A stretch of DNA of 64,000 bases from Schizochytrium sp. TIO01 (lineage: Eukaryota > Protista > Bigyra: Labyrinthulomycetes): positions 1,669,648 through 1,733,647 of the forward strand of contig SMSO01000014.1 in NCBI GenBank assembly GCA_004764695.1, read 5' to 3'. How positions within the stretch are numbered: position 1 is the first letter of the stretch; every line of letters starts with the position of its first letter. The notes below the pieces were generated by a model. It ran no database searches, was not told the DNA's origin, and was given only the letters and a program-made list of their open reading frames with translations. The translations under genes and the position numbers were made by a program. Positions 1 through 12,911 of this stretch are shown piece after piece.

Positions 1-3000
1 TTTTGATTAAAACGATGAAACTGATGTTGATGATCACAGCTAAATGGTGGCCAAGAGGGGGCATGGCGCAAAGTGGCGCGAGCTTGTTTTTCCTCTTTTT
101 TATTAATTTATTATTATTTATCATTTTATTTTATTCTTATTTACTTTATTTATGTTCAAGTTATAGTAGGTGGGTAGGTAAGTAGGAAGGAAGGAAGGTA
201 GGTACCTACTTTGACTTTATCTTTTCCCTTCCTCCAATTTCCCTCTTGTTTCTCTTTTTTTTGAAATAAGAATGGAGGAAGAACCACTGAGACAAAGCTG
301 AGTTGAACGTATAGCTAGCTATCATTTGTTTGATTATTAATAAAAAATTAAAAAAATAATAAAAGAGATTACACGAACTTTTATACTAAAAAAAAGAAAA
401 AAAAAGCGCTGGACAACAGTGAAAGTTGTACCTGCTATTTGCAATTGTTACAATCGGTACGTCGAGTACTACAGCTACCTAGTACTAAAATCAGCGATAC
501 TTTGAAGAAGGGCCTCTTGTGGGAAGGCAAGAAAGATAGGGAAGATGATAAGTCGCCCTAATTTTCAGCCGCACATTCTTGCGCATGTCTTAGTACAGTC
601 TTCTCTTTGCAAGATGAATGAGTTTACAAACTAAGATAACCGATCAGCAGGTTAATTCATTATCGCCGGATGAACGAAACAAGCATGGAATGAGTAGAGA
701 AAGGTGTATTATTATACAAGCTGAGTACTCTATCGACTGATATCCCGAAGAACAGCCATTGTTGCTGTCTTGCTTCGCAAAATTATTTATTTTCAGCGCT
801 GTTTCTAAAATAAAACGTTTTTTACAAAAATATCCAACAGAGTGTGTGTGAGAGAGAGTGAGAGAAAAAAAAGTCTTTTGTGCTCTGAACTTTTGTTTAG
901 TCATTAAATGTTTTTACTTTCTTTAAAAAAAAAAAAAAAAAAAAAAAGAGGGGGGGGGAGTTAAAGCGACTATGAGAATGAATAGACTTAAGGTAAAACA
1001 TCATGAAAACATAAAACATTTTTAGAGCTGAGAGCACAGGTAATAAGTCCCTCATAGCTGCAATGTCTAACAGGTGCTTTGGGGATACACATGAACGAGG
1101 GTGCATGAACTGCTGCAATCTGCGAGGCCGAGGTGGGCAAGAACATAAGTATTATCTGGCACATGTAACGATGACGGAGGGTCTCGAAAGGCATAGCAGA
1201 ACAGACGTGGGCTCCGATTAGTGATACACTTCGCCGTTGGTTTCCCTCTTTTTTGGACGTAGAGGATGCCAACAACAAATCAAATGTAATTGCCCAGCAT
1301 GATTTTTATATTACAAGTACCTAGTACCTGAGCTAGTAGGTAAGTAGATATAGATAGGTAGGTACGTAATAATCTAGTACACATCCAGCACTTTACCTTT
1401 AAACACAACTAAGAGTCACGGTACAAGTCCCTACTCGCGGGGTGTGAAAATAGTAAAAAATACAGGCTTTGTACTACCCAGGAATGCACGCTCACCACAA
1501 TAACTTCAAACAGCCTCAAAGTTGAAAGTTGGACATCCTAGAAAGAACACAAATCATAGGACTAGGGGAAGGGCAGCGTTGACCGGAGAGCCTGGCGCAA
1601 TGGGGCCCTTTTTATGGGCGTCACACCAAACAAACAAGCAAAAGCTTGAATTGTGATTGTGCTGCTGCAGTGAACACGAAAGGCGAGAGGGAAAAAAAGT
1701 TTGACTTGTACATAGATTTGTCGTCATTCATAGTTTCTCATTGTAAAAGAAAAAGTAAAAGAAAACTTTACGTTTAGATAAAAATGTTTACTTAGTTCAT
1801 TGTTATTATATATTGGGAAAACATACGCCGAGTCGAGTCAAGCATTCTTTGGCCCATTCGCGCAATTGTACTATTCTTATGCACTCATGCACGTTAAAAC
1901 GAGCAAGGCAAGCACAGCTTCTGGAAAGGCGTCAGTCGTGATCGTTGAAGTACAAAAAGAGTTGATCACTCAATGAAAAGAGACATCTTTTCAGCTGATC
2001 ATCTCTAAGAGTTATTAAATAAACTAAAAAATATAAAGTGGGTATACCTAATAAAAACTTGTTTGAAAATACTGGGAACAGTCTTTATTACCATCACTCT
2101 CGACCTGTAATCAAAAGAGTAGTTCACAAGAGCAAAATTCGAACAGGGGGTGAAAGATACGATAAGGCATCAAGTGGTGTTGAATAATGCTTAATTGGCT
2201 GATTGACTGATGATTGATGTATTCTTTCTTTTTAGTTGAGAAATAATTGATCAAACAATTACTTTTATTTTTCGATAATTGAAAGTGATCGATTAATCAA
2301 CTTTTTAGTTCAAAGAAATAAAATATTTGAGCGTTGGTTGGAACTAACTTGTTACAGCGGGTAGCAAGAAATAAGCTTGTTCTAGGAATGATAGTATGTA
2401 CAAAAAGAGGAGAAGGCTGAGAGTGTGATTACACATTAGCACTACCTATACTCTCCTACCACTGAGTGGGTGATTCTTTGAAAAGAGTGAGTGAATCAGT
2501 GACTGACTTTTAAGTTCTGACTGAGAGTACTTTATGCCTAAAGAATGCTTGGGGCATGGACAACAACTACTACTGATTAAGCTAGCTGGTTCTATCCAGT
2601 AGTCAATATCCACCATGTCCCGTATGTGTGAGACAGAGAAGAAAAGGACTTGAAAAAACTAACTCTCTTTGCTCCTTCTAAAATTACCTGAAGAATGAAT
2701 GATAGATAGGCTAGGTGTTGCCTAGTCACCACTACTCTCTAGGTGCCTCTAGAGGTAGAAACTAGCGAGAGAAGATATGAGAGCTTTACAAGTTTCATTG
2801 CTCGAGTTTTCACCCAGCTTGACTTTGAGTAGAGGCGTTTTGCATGGTCTTTGGTCTAGCAAGTCACTGAGTGGGAGTGACAATCATGATCTCAGAGAAC
2901 GCTGATAAATAAATGAAAAAGCAAACAAACAATAGATAAATCAACAAAGCAACAACCAAAACAAGCAAGCAATTAAACAAACGAAGAAAGAATCAAGCAA

Positions 3001-3510
3001 ATAGATGCGAAATAAACCAGTACAGAGGTGAAATGACTAGCATCTACCTTACCTAGGTTGGTAGTCAGGTCTTCATGAAACACCTAGGTGCATCCTAGCT
3101 AGGTGGGTAGGACCTAGCTAGGCAGCTAGCTAGATAGTTCGATGGGAAAGGGGGGTATCAGTTGGAAAGCCAATTAGATCGTTACATGCGTTGGAAAGAT
3201 TGATCAGATTCCAAGATTGCCAAGGGTCACTCGGGTAAGAAAGGTACTAACCGTCAAAGCATGGTGACTGCTCCTCAATTCATCGATAGATCCCAGGTGC
3301 TTACAACCGGTCCAGATGGTACACGAGAAGATTGCGAGCAAGCCCATTCAACAATCTCGATAAAGGGCCATCTTCAACTTTCATCGCTTTCAACCTTCGC
3401 CGATCATGCCCACTGCCCAATTTTGCGTTGTTCAAACCATCCCCAGCAACATACACCACGCCTCCTAGTCTCTGCCTATCCCAGTGCTAGTGACAAAGTA
3501 AATAATTAGC

Positions 3511-3570
3511 TAAGTAAGTAAGTAAGTAAGTAAGTAACTAACTAACTAACCAACCGACTGACTGACTGCC
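3511..3570. repeat. Compound tetranucleotide microsatellite (TAAG)6(TAAC)4 CAAC CGAC (TGAC)2 TGCC
   Basis: Read directly from the sequence. Confidence 0.9.
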
Positions 3571-4463
3571 GTGTCTTTATCGGTGCCTAGGACTAGCTAG
3601 CCACATACGCAAGGGTTTCGAAGAGGCCGAAGAATGGTAAGAAAGGAAGTCCAGGGTCTGGTCTGGTCTGATGGTAGCAGTGTCCTAGCGCGGCTAGCTA
3701 TCCCCAAAGGGAGGGAGCAGAACTCGTGACAGAATGCCTCGCGAAATGGTTCGCTCTCGTGGTAACAAACAGCGCTTTGGGCTGAACAGGAGGCGCGGAA
3801 GCGGTTGAGGACAGAGCTGTTTCGGAGCAGAAGAGCGCAGGAACTGACTGACTGACTGACCTTCTCGCCTCATCGCATCTCTATCGCCAGCTGCAGAGAG
3901 AGGGAGTCAGGCTGAGAGAGAGAGAGAGAAAGAGAATCTATCTCTTGGGTTGCGCTGCGCGTGGAGGAATCAAGGAATCAAGAAGAAGAAGAAGAAGAAG
4001 ATAAGTGCGAAGTGCTTTGTTGGTTAGTTCCAAACGGAGCGAGAAAGAACGAAGGAAGAGGGGAGACTCGACTAGATAGTTAGATAGGTAGTAGTAGTAG
4101 GTAGGTGTTAGATAGGGGCGGCTAGGGTCTGCTTGTATGTATGGATAACTAACTGACTGTAGCTGGCTATCAATTAGATGGACGACGTTAATGGCGGCAT
4201 GAGGCATGACGACTATTGAATTGCAAACAAACAAACAAACAAACATACAAACAAACAAAAAAACGATCACGATCGATGGAATGGTCGATGGATGGATGGC
4301 TTAGTTTGCTTAGTTTTTTCACCTTGACATGCAGTTGAACAGAAAGAATCACAGCGGTCGTTTCGATTGGGCGCTTTATTTAGTGATACCTAAGCTGAGC
4401 ACTGATTGGTTGGTGGCTTGATGGGTGGTGAGTTATCCATGAATTGTGAGCAAATAACTAATC

Positions 4464-4496
4464 GATTGATTGATTGATTGATTGATTGATAGATTG
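4464..4496. repeat. (GATT)n microsatellite
   Basis: Read directly from the sequence. Confidence 0.9.
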
Positions 4497-6326
4497 CTTT
4501 GATGGTTACGGTGCCTCAGTTTAACGTGCTAAGAAGTGCTGCTCTGTTCCCGAAAGACGGCCATTTGAGCTAATAAAGTTGGCTTGAGCTGAGCTTTTTT
4601 CAGTTCACTACTAAGTTAACTTACTACTCACTAGCTAGCTAACTAACTAACTGACAGAACATACTAACTATCCGCCAACTAACCAAACGGCCTAGCCTTA
4701 TGCCTAGCGAACTCGCTAGCCAGCCGAAAGTTGAACTAACTAAGTAACCAAAAAGCGGATTGGTCATTCTCTGGAGCTCACAAACCATTCCGTCTTAATG
4801 GCCACATCGGTCACTGTGTGAATGATGGAATTCATCCTTTCCGTTGTGCTCAGCCTTCCTCTCTTCTGCCTCTGGTCCCTTGGCTAGCTAGCTAGCTCTC
4901 TACAGACACCTTTGATTCAACTCGAGCCTTCATTCAAGCAGGTATGTGTGAACAGCAGCAGCAGCATCAGCAGCAGCAGTAGTGAGGAACAGAGATCACG
5001 ACAGACGATCGACCACATACATGTGAGCGAACTGAGCTCGTTTGACGTCGCCAACAGTAGAGGCGCGCTAGGGCTGGGAGCCTAGGCACCTCTATGCGGT
5101 AGTGTGTAGGTTCGTAGCGCACCCTCCAAAGTCGTTATCGCGAGTAATCACTCTTACCAGAGCGTTTCGATTACAACTAATTGTTAGCTTGAGAAGTGAA
5201 TTCTGTCGAATTCCATTGGTCTGGCTGGTTTAGGGTCACAGAAGTTGCGTGCCTACGTAGGCCGGTGCCTACAACGAGTTAATTCAATTGGTCAATTGGT
5301 CAATTGGTCAACGAATGAACGAATGAATGAATCAATCATTCAATGGATCACTTAATCGATCAAGCGATCCATCAACGAAGAAGAATCAAGAATTGATCGA
5401 TCAATGAAGAACTCGAAGATGACCCCAAGAACTCGATAGACTTCCCATCCATCCTAGAAAGAGCAAGCTGGGAGGGAGTCTGGCAAGCTTGAAAGCTCGG
5501 CTTCTGAAAAGATTCTCAAAAGAGTCCAAGCTGGCGCGAGGAATTTCTTTTAGTAGCTGCAAGATTGGTAACGACCTCGCTGGCTGAAGAAGACTCGCTC
5601 TCGCAGTGCTTACCGCAGGATTCCGACGAGACTCTTCGCTGAGTCCCATTCATTCATTGATTGATTCACTCATTCACAGTTGGCGAGACAGCCTCGGCAA
5701 GAAATAAATAGCCTTGTGGAAAGAAGGTTCGGAATCCTCGACAACTAACTTCAGAGCTGATTGATCACCGACGCCGACGTCGAAATTCGGGTAACACCGA
5801 ATTCATGGCAGCGTCTGCGATTCTGATTTGCAATTCCGGTTCGCGATTCCGAGGACTAATCTCCCTCCATAATCTCGGCGAGCTTTTGCAGAATGGTCAA
5901 TGATATGTGACTGCTGTACTACGCTATTCTTGATTGCTCTGAGGTGGAGGTGGTGTGTGTATGTGCATCTGTATAAGAGAAGAGACCAGCCGCCAGAATG
6001 TTGACTTGCTTTGTAATTTGTTTAATGCTTTGATGCTTTTTTGATGATTTGGTGATTTGGCGATTTGGTGATTTGATGATTTGATTCTTGAAGCTGCCTC
6101 GAGCCTGGGTGAAGCTGCTGGTTTGTGAGGAGGGAGGCTTCGCTGTGAAGGAACAAGCAGCTTGAAGAGCGCAGGCTCGGGAGGAGATTTGAGGTCGATC
6201 AGTCTTGAAATTCTGTTGAAAGCGGAGGAAAGCAAACACCATTGTGCCAATATTACATTCACTACCCCTTTGTCTGTTAGCTGCAGAGTCATGAAAGAAA
6301 TTAGTCAGTTGGTTGAATAAATAGGT

Positions 6327-6460
6327 AGTTTGTTTGTTTGTTTGTTAAATAGTTTGTTAAATAGTTTGTTTGTTTGTTTGTTTGTTTGTTTGTTAAATAG
6401 TTTGTTAAATAGTTTGTTTGTTAAATAGTTTGTTTGTTAAATAGTTAGTTACTTAGTTAG
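6327..6460. repeat. (GTTT)n microsatellite interrupted by recurring GTTAAATA units
   Basis: The higher-order unit tttgttaaatag recurs six times. Confidence 0.9.
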
Positions 6461-8721
6461 CTCGGAATGACTGGGCAACCCTGCTCTGGGTGTAAATGAG
6501 AGATGGCTCTAGCTAGAGCTAGCTGGCTGCTACTGCAAAGCAGCTAACTATTGAGTGACGATGTTTCTGTTCCTGACTCTCTTATAAAAAGTTGAGGTAG
6601 GTATGGAGGTACCTGCTTTCTATTCTGTTTTATTCCATTCTATCTGTTGGTGATTAATTACATACATAGGTTTCGTTGCTTTACTCCCTGCTGTAATTGG
6701 AAGAACCAGGAATACGGAGATAGATTCTGTTTCCCTTTTTTTACTTCTTTACTTTTATTTTTTTTTTACTTTTAATTTTTTAAACCGAGTAGGTATAAGC
6801 TAGGGGGTGACTAGTTGAAAAGCTAAGGCATTTTGTTTGTTGAAGAGGGGGGAATGTGAAACTTGAGAAAGCCTAATTTATCGAGGAACTTCTGAGTTCC
6901 CCACTCCTCTTGGTATGCGTGACAATACCCTAGACTAAGACATACTGATGTCTGCAGAGTTGAAGAAGAAACATATTTTTGTTTAATATGTATATATTCT
7001 TTTATTGCATTATTTAATTTATAAAATAATAATTATAAACCTAAAACACATTTTCGTTTTTATTCATCTTTTTATCTCTAAAAAGTGTCATTTGGAAAAA
7101 AAAAAAATGTAGAAATAAATATATTTAACTTTCTTTCTTTCTTTCTTCTCTTTTCTGTTCTTTTTAAAATGCCTGGGGAAGAATGAAATAGAGAAGAACG
7201 GGCACATCGCGAGCTGCTGCTACCCATGTAAACAGACCTGAACTTGAAAATTTACGAATATACCCCTAAACTCACATGCGAAAACATTGACTCATCACAA
7301 ATAAAAATTTATGTCTGATCATCATGATCTGCAATCGACATTTTCACCATTTACAAGCGGTTTGGTTGATACCCAGACACATTTAAAGGACTTGCTTGAG
7401 CTTGAGAGGTGACGAGACTGACAACTGGACACAGGCACGATAAATTTCATTGATTAGGTCTACAAATATCTCCCGTCTGAGATGCTCAGGTCCTCGCATA
7501 ACTCTGGTCTCCAAGCTTGTTTATTGTGAATGGCAAATATCTTGAAAAGTTCGAGTTCTCATGCCATCCATGTCCACTGAGTGGGTGCTTTTGAGTGTTG
7601 TTATTTGAGCAACGGTCAGAGATGTAATAATTACTGAAGTATTTGTTTATTTATTAGCGGCAGGTAGGTATTCTGAGACCTGGACATGTCTGGCAATCTT
7701 GGTCTGGTGTTTGTTTCTTTGACACATATTTCTTGGAGCAGGAGTCGAATACCTCACACCACTCGGCTTCACCTCATTCGCTCCTTCGTCCTGACGACTA
7801 CTTTGCAAGCTATCAATGATCAAGGTTCCCCTCTTCCTGAACGACAGATTCACGCTAAGTTACGTATGCACACGTACGGATACTAAGGCGCAAATTGGAC
7901 ATTGCTGCGATCAGTCGCACGCACTTGAACTCAAGCTGTTTGCCCATAGTCTTGAGACGTTTGTCCCAGATTTGGGTGGCTTCGGATGAACTTGCATTCG
8001 CTTTCGAGATGCATGCAAGCAAACCGGACATCGGACTTGCGGACATACGTGAGATCTAACAGGGCAGCCTCAGCAGATTGTGCATGAGCCAGCCAGATCA
8101 CAGTCGTATGGACCTTCACAGCGAGATGTCGCACCGTGCGCAACAGTCACAAATGGGAATAAGAGTGAGTATAATCGTGAGTGGGCCTTGGAGTATAACT
8201 TGCTTGCCTTCAAAGATTGCGTTGGCAAAGTGCATCCACGATTACACGCAGGATGAGGCTGAGATTGCCAGTGTGACAATGGCAATTTACCACGATTCGC
8301 GAGTTCAGGGCTGCGATGTCGCGCGCTGGAGGCTAGCTAGCTAGCTAGTCCTAGGGGTGATGATTCGTTTGGTTGCACGGTATTGACTCAACGGAGTTTG
8401 CATTTGCCTCCGTTCAAGATCAAGAAATCAAGTTTGTTTGTCCCATGCTCAATGGTTTTCAGATTGCAAAGTCGGCGAGGATATCCGGTCTCATCTAGGG
8501 CTGGCAGCTGGAACTTGGCAAGGCCCACTACAGTCAGTTGATCAAATTGAGCAGCGGCTGAGCTGATTCAGAGTGGTTCTCAATCTTGCATTCTTTGTGT
8601 ATTGCTTATTGGATCGAGCCAATGAACCAACTGCAAGCAAGAAAAACCTCCAGTTCAAGAGAAAACGAATTGTAGAAACTTCGAAAGTCGAGGCACCTGG
8701 AAACAGAAAAGAGCAGTACAC

Positions 8722-8838
8722 TGAATGAATGAATGGAATGAATGAATGGGTAAATGGGTAAATGAATGGGCAAATGAATGAATGAATGAATGAATGGGCA
8801 AATGAATGAATGAATGAATGAATGGGTAAATAAATGAA
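8722..8838. repeat. (ATGA)n microsatellite with atgggYaa variants
   Basis: Read directly from the sequence. It explains the spurious FIHS-repeat ORFs. Confidence 0.9.
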
Positions 8839-9823
8839 CGTTGATCTTGAACTTAAAAGGAGTTGGCGACAAGACTCGGGGGGTCCCATCAGTTTTTACC
8901 ATCTCATCAACCCAAATGTCGTTGCCATGTCGTGTCTGAAAAGAAGTAGTGGGTAGTACCGAAGTACGGGAAAAACTACTTCGACTCAGCAAGACTTTGG
9001 ACTTGAGGAAATGGTGCTGAGAATAAAAAAACTCTTTACTTGTCAAAAGAGTTTTATTTCTGTTTTCCTGATAACTTGAAATGTGATAGTGAACTTACAG
9101 GAGAATAGGGGAACACTTTACTTTCAGTATTGGTTTTGTTTCAAGTGGTTCATTTAATTAAAGTATCAATTAAAATATTTTCAATTATTTTCAAGTTACA
9201 AAATACAAAGAAAATATTGACACTAGTACTCATTTTCTCATTCGGTAGCAAAGGAATATATAGTTGAAAATAAAAGGAAGAGGAAAGGGAAAGGAAAAAT
9301 AATAAATTCCTAAATGATGAATGAAGAGAATAAAATTGAGTTTCTTAAATAATATTTATATTTAAATTTTAAAAAAAGCTTTCAAGAAAGATTATGAGTC
9401 ATGGAAAATTTTAATGCTTTCGTTGTGTTTCCCATTTCCACATCGTTCATTCCTGTTTCAAAGTATTTCATTGCTAATTCATTTTCTCAATCTGAAGTCT
9501 TCGGGCAAGCTTGATCGACAGCATTAACAATCCTCGAGATCGCTTCACCCGGCTGCGGCGGGCGTTCCTGCGCCGTTTGGACAAACCGCTATCAACCTTG
9601 AGGCCGCTGCGGTGGTGGCTGGCCAGCGGAGCTTGCGGCGGCGGAGCAGGCCCGCGAGGCCTAACAGGGCAGCATTTGCTCTGGAGCCAAGGTCACGACG
9701 GTATATTTTGCAAAGCACTCACTGCACAAACCGAGGCCGGGCGGGTCTCGGAGGTCTTGACTTTCGGGGACCAAAATTAACACGACCTGAGGCTTCGCAG
9801 CAGCCCATAGGGCTAAGGCAGCC

Positions 9824-10405
9824 ATGGCGGATAGCAAGAATGCTGCAATGCAAAATGCCAACTTCTCCGTGCATCAGTCGGCTTGGGAGTCGCTTGAGAA
9901 CCTGCCAAACTTGCAATTGAATTTATTCTCTATCTACAAGATCGGCGGTGCCATCTCGGATGCTCTCAAACTAGAAGGCCTTGAGCCGCCCCAACTTCGC
10001 CAAGTAGGCTCCTCCCAGCCTGATCAAATGTACATGGACTTCAGGATTAACATGCACCTGCCTTCGATGAAGGGTTCCTCGCAGGAAAGCACTAAAGCGC
10101 TCTCTGATGAAAGGCAGCGCATACACGCGACAAACTCCAATTCATCAAGCCAGCCATCCTCAACCTCAGTAGGAAGAGACTCAAATGGAATGCCTCTGGG
10201 AGTTGGCGGGGCAGCACAATATCAGCAGCTTGTGCAACTTATGAATTTAAACCCCAACGCAATGGCTGACCAGGGCCTCGCAGGTCTTCAAGATACTTAC
10301 TTACAACTGACACAGCATTGGAAACAATCACAAAACAGTCTGGTCCAACAGCAGCAACTTCAATTAATGCAACACTTCTTGACTCAGCAGCAGCAGCAGC
10401 AGCAA

Positions 10406-10443
<38 letters not shown>

Positions 10444-10501
10444 GCAACAACAGCAGCAGCAACAACAACAACAACAACAGCAACAACAACAGCAGCAGCA
10501 A

Positions 10502-10536
<35 letters not shown>

Positions 10537-11866
10537 ACAACAACAACAACAGCAACACTTGCTACAGCAATATCAACTATTTTTGGAACAACAACAGCAG
10601 CAGCAGCAACAACAACAACAGTCGGATCAAAGGTCATGTAAAATTGAACCTAGTGACCAAGCTCAGTCACATAACCAGCAACCTTACATTACCGACCAGA
10701 ATGTGATGCAGCAACTACAACACTTGCAGCAACTGCAGCAGATCCAACAATATCATCAACTGCAGCAGATCCATCACGAGCGTATTTTAGAACAACAACA
10801 GCAGCACCAACGACAATTTGATATTGCCCGAATTCAAGCAAATATTGCGAGCTTGATTGGGCCACATCAACAAAACAATAGTAAACTGGAGGATATTTTG
10901 AAAGACGGGCAGCAAATTGGAGCTTCCAGCGGCCACGTGATGCCTTCTCATAATCTCCAGGCCGCCTATACAGGCGTCAAACGAAAACTAAGCAGTGGTT
11001 CCTATGACTCTGCTCTAAGCGGCAACACTAGGGCATCGATGAATCGATTTGGAGGGTCCAAAGATGATGACAAACCCTCTCGAGCAGGAAAGTATGGTAG
11101 AGGTGCGCGTTGCTTCGAATTCTTGTGTGACCGACAACGAATTGGTCCTCGTCATTGCGAGGTCCATCAAGACCCCAACGAGCGCATGAAGGAAGCCAAG
11201 GACCTCCCTTTTATGCGAACTGGTGCAAATGGCACAGTATACAAGGATGGTAACTACTGCCGTGTTCTTCAATGTGACCAAAAAGCGATCCGGAACACCC
11301 CATTCTGCAGGAAGCATGGCCCAAAAGTCCAATGCAATTTTGAAGGTTGCAAACAAAAACCTTTAGCAAACGATGTGAGATGTAAGGATCATGTCTCAGA
11401 TGCCCGTGTTTTTATGAAGAAAAACATCTGCCAGGAGCTTTGCCGCCATAATGACGGCACCTTTTATACCTGTTTCAACAAAAAGGTCAAAGGTTCGCAA
11501 ATGTGCGTGAATCACATTGATTGGGATAAATGCGATGCACCAAACTGTAAGGAAAAGCGTTACCGAACCTGTAATTTTTGTGGGGAGCACAAAGACCAGT
11601 TTAAATCTCTTCTGCGACGCTTCAAGCCTTTCTCTTTGAAGCGTGATTGGGAGGCAAACAAAGACAAGATCTCAGAGGAGATTTGGCGAGTCTACTTGAA
11701 AAATAAACAGGCACTGATTGACGCAGAAAATCGTGCTTGCCAAATTGGACCCTCGTCATCCCCATCCCAGTCTGAACACAGATCTGAGTTAAATGATGAT
11801 AAAGATGGAGATGATGATGACGACGAGGACGACGAGGACGAGGACGAAGGAGGCAACCAATCTTGA
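9824..11866 (+). CDS. PolyQ protein with about five C-x4-C-x9/10-C-x2-H repeats (WRKY19-like zinc-finger-type repeats) and an acidic tail; putative nuclear regulator
   Basis: 680-aa ORF. ATG lies in a gcagccATGG context with an in-frame TGA at 9788-9790. Contains a 57-Q run, repeats such as CRVLQCDQKAIRNTPFCRKH and CNFEGCKQKPLANDVRCKDH, a basic VKRK motif and a D/E-rich C-terminus. Confidence 0.75.
10385..10555 (+). repeat. Mixed CAG/CAA coding repeat, 57 consecutive Gln codons
   Basis: 171 nt of only CAG/CAA codons in frame with the 9824 ORF. Confidence 0.95.
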
Positions 11867-12911
11867 TGTAGGGTTACATTCCTCCTGGACTGAGTTCTTA
11901 TTTTTCTGAATTATAAAGGGCAAGTTCTATCATATCTCGTGGTTTTGTCTCCTTTCGTATTAGGGAGGGTTTCCCATGACTAGCATGGCGAACACCACTG
12001 GCTCTGCAAATACTGAAATGGACTGTATGGTCATGGTATTAGATAGTGTATTATACGTTATAACTCTGGTACATCTTTAAACTATTATGAAATGCTTAAG
12101 TTCTGCTCTATGCAGCAGACACTTCTTCCTTTCATCCTCTCTTTATTGTTGCTCGCGCAAGCACGCACCCCTACATTCGATTTGATAGATTTTTGTAAAC
12201 CACTTCTATGAAAGTCTTTATTGTATGTAAGCTTTCCTTGCCTTTGAGACCCTTGCATTGGAACCTCCTGGAAAAGGTAATTAGAAGAGGCTTCTTCTCG
12301 TGGGCCAATGCTCGCATTGCAAAAACCACTTCTCCCCACACTGCCCTGCTTCAACCTTGAAGACACCCTCTTCCTATTACCTATACCTCCCATGCCTCGC
12401 TTTGTGTGCCTCTATCACAACTAAGAGTTTGACACAGAGGCTATTACTGAAATCGTACGCATTGAGGCATTTTGAGGTGCTGCCGAAAGGCATCCTGAAA
12501 CCACACATAGCATAACTCCCTTTTTGTTTTGGAAGTAGGTAACACGAAACCAATAGCAATCCTGAAAACTAAGATCAACTGCAATGAAGAAGCCCTTCTC
12601 ATTCAACAGCAAGCTCGTAGGCAGACTAGGAACTGATTTTGCCGGCTAGACGTGGAGTCCATGGCGAGGTTGGCTTCTAAAAAGAACTCATCTTCGTTTC
12701 TTAGGTATGGAGTTATCGAGGGATTTTATGTAATCATTTGGTTTATTCGGTACGTACCTATTTCTCACTATGGTATGAATAATACAGTGGTATGAACAAG
12801 TATTGATGTCAAAAATCTTACCCAGTCTTTAGAAATGAACAAACGAAGGAGCCTTGTGAAGCAGGACCGTAGACCGATGAAGTGCAGAACCCTGTCAAAG
12901 TACGCCCGGCT

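Noticed and set aside
5919-6292. 107-aa and 122-aa minus-strand ORFs
   Set aside because: They run through 8-mer repeats and show no domain motifs.
8542-9046. ORFs with FIHS repeats (also 63461-63802)
   Set aside because: They are translations of (ATGA)n/(CATT)n microsatellites.
9511-9920. GC-rich ORFs upstream of the polyQ gene as an N-terminal extension
   Set aside because: They have non-ATG starts in other frames, and an in-frame TGA at 9788-9790 precedes the 9824 ATG.
10239-10641. Poly-Val/Ala, poly-Ala/Thr and poly-Leu ORFs
   Set aside because: These are alternative-frame and antisense readings of the CAG/CAA tract.
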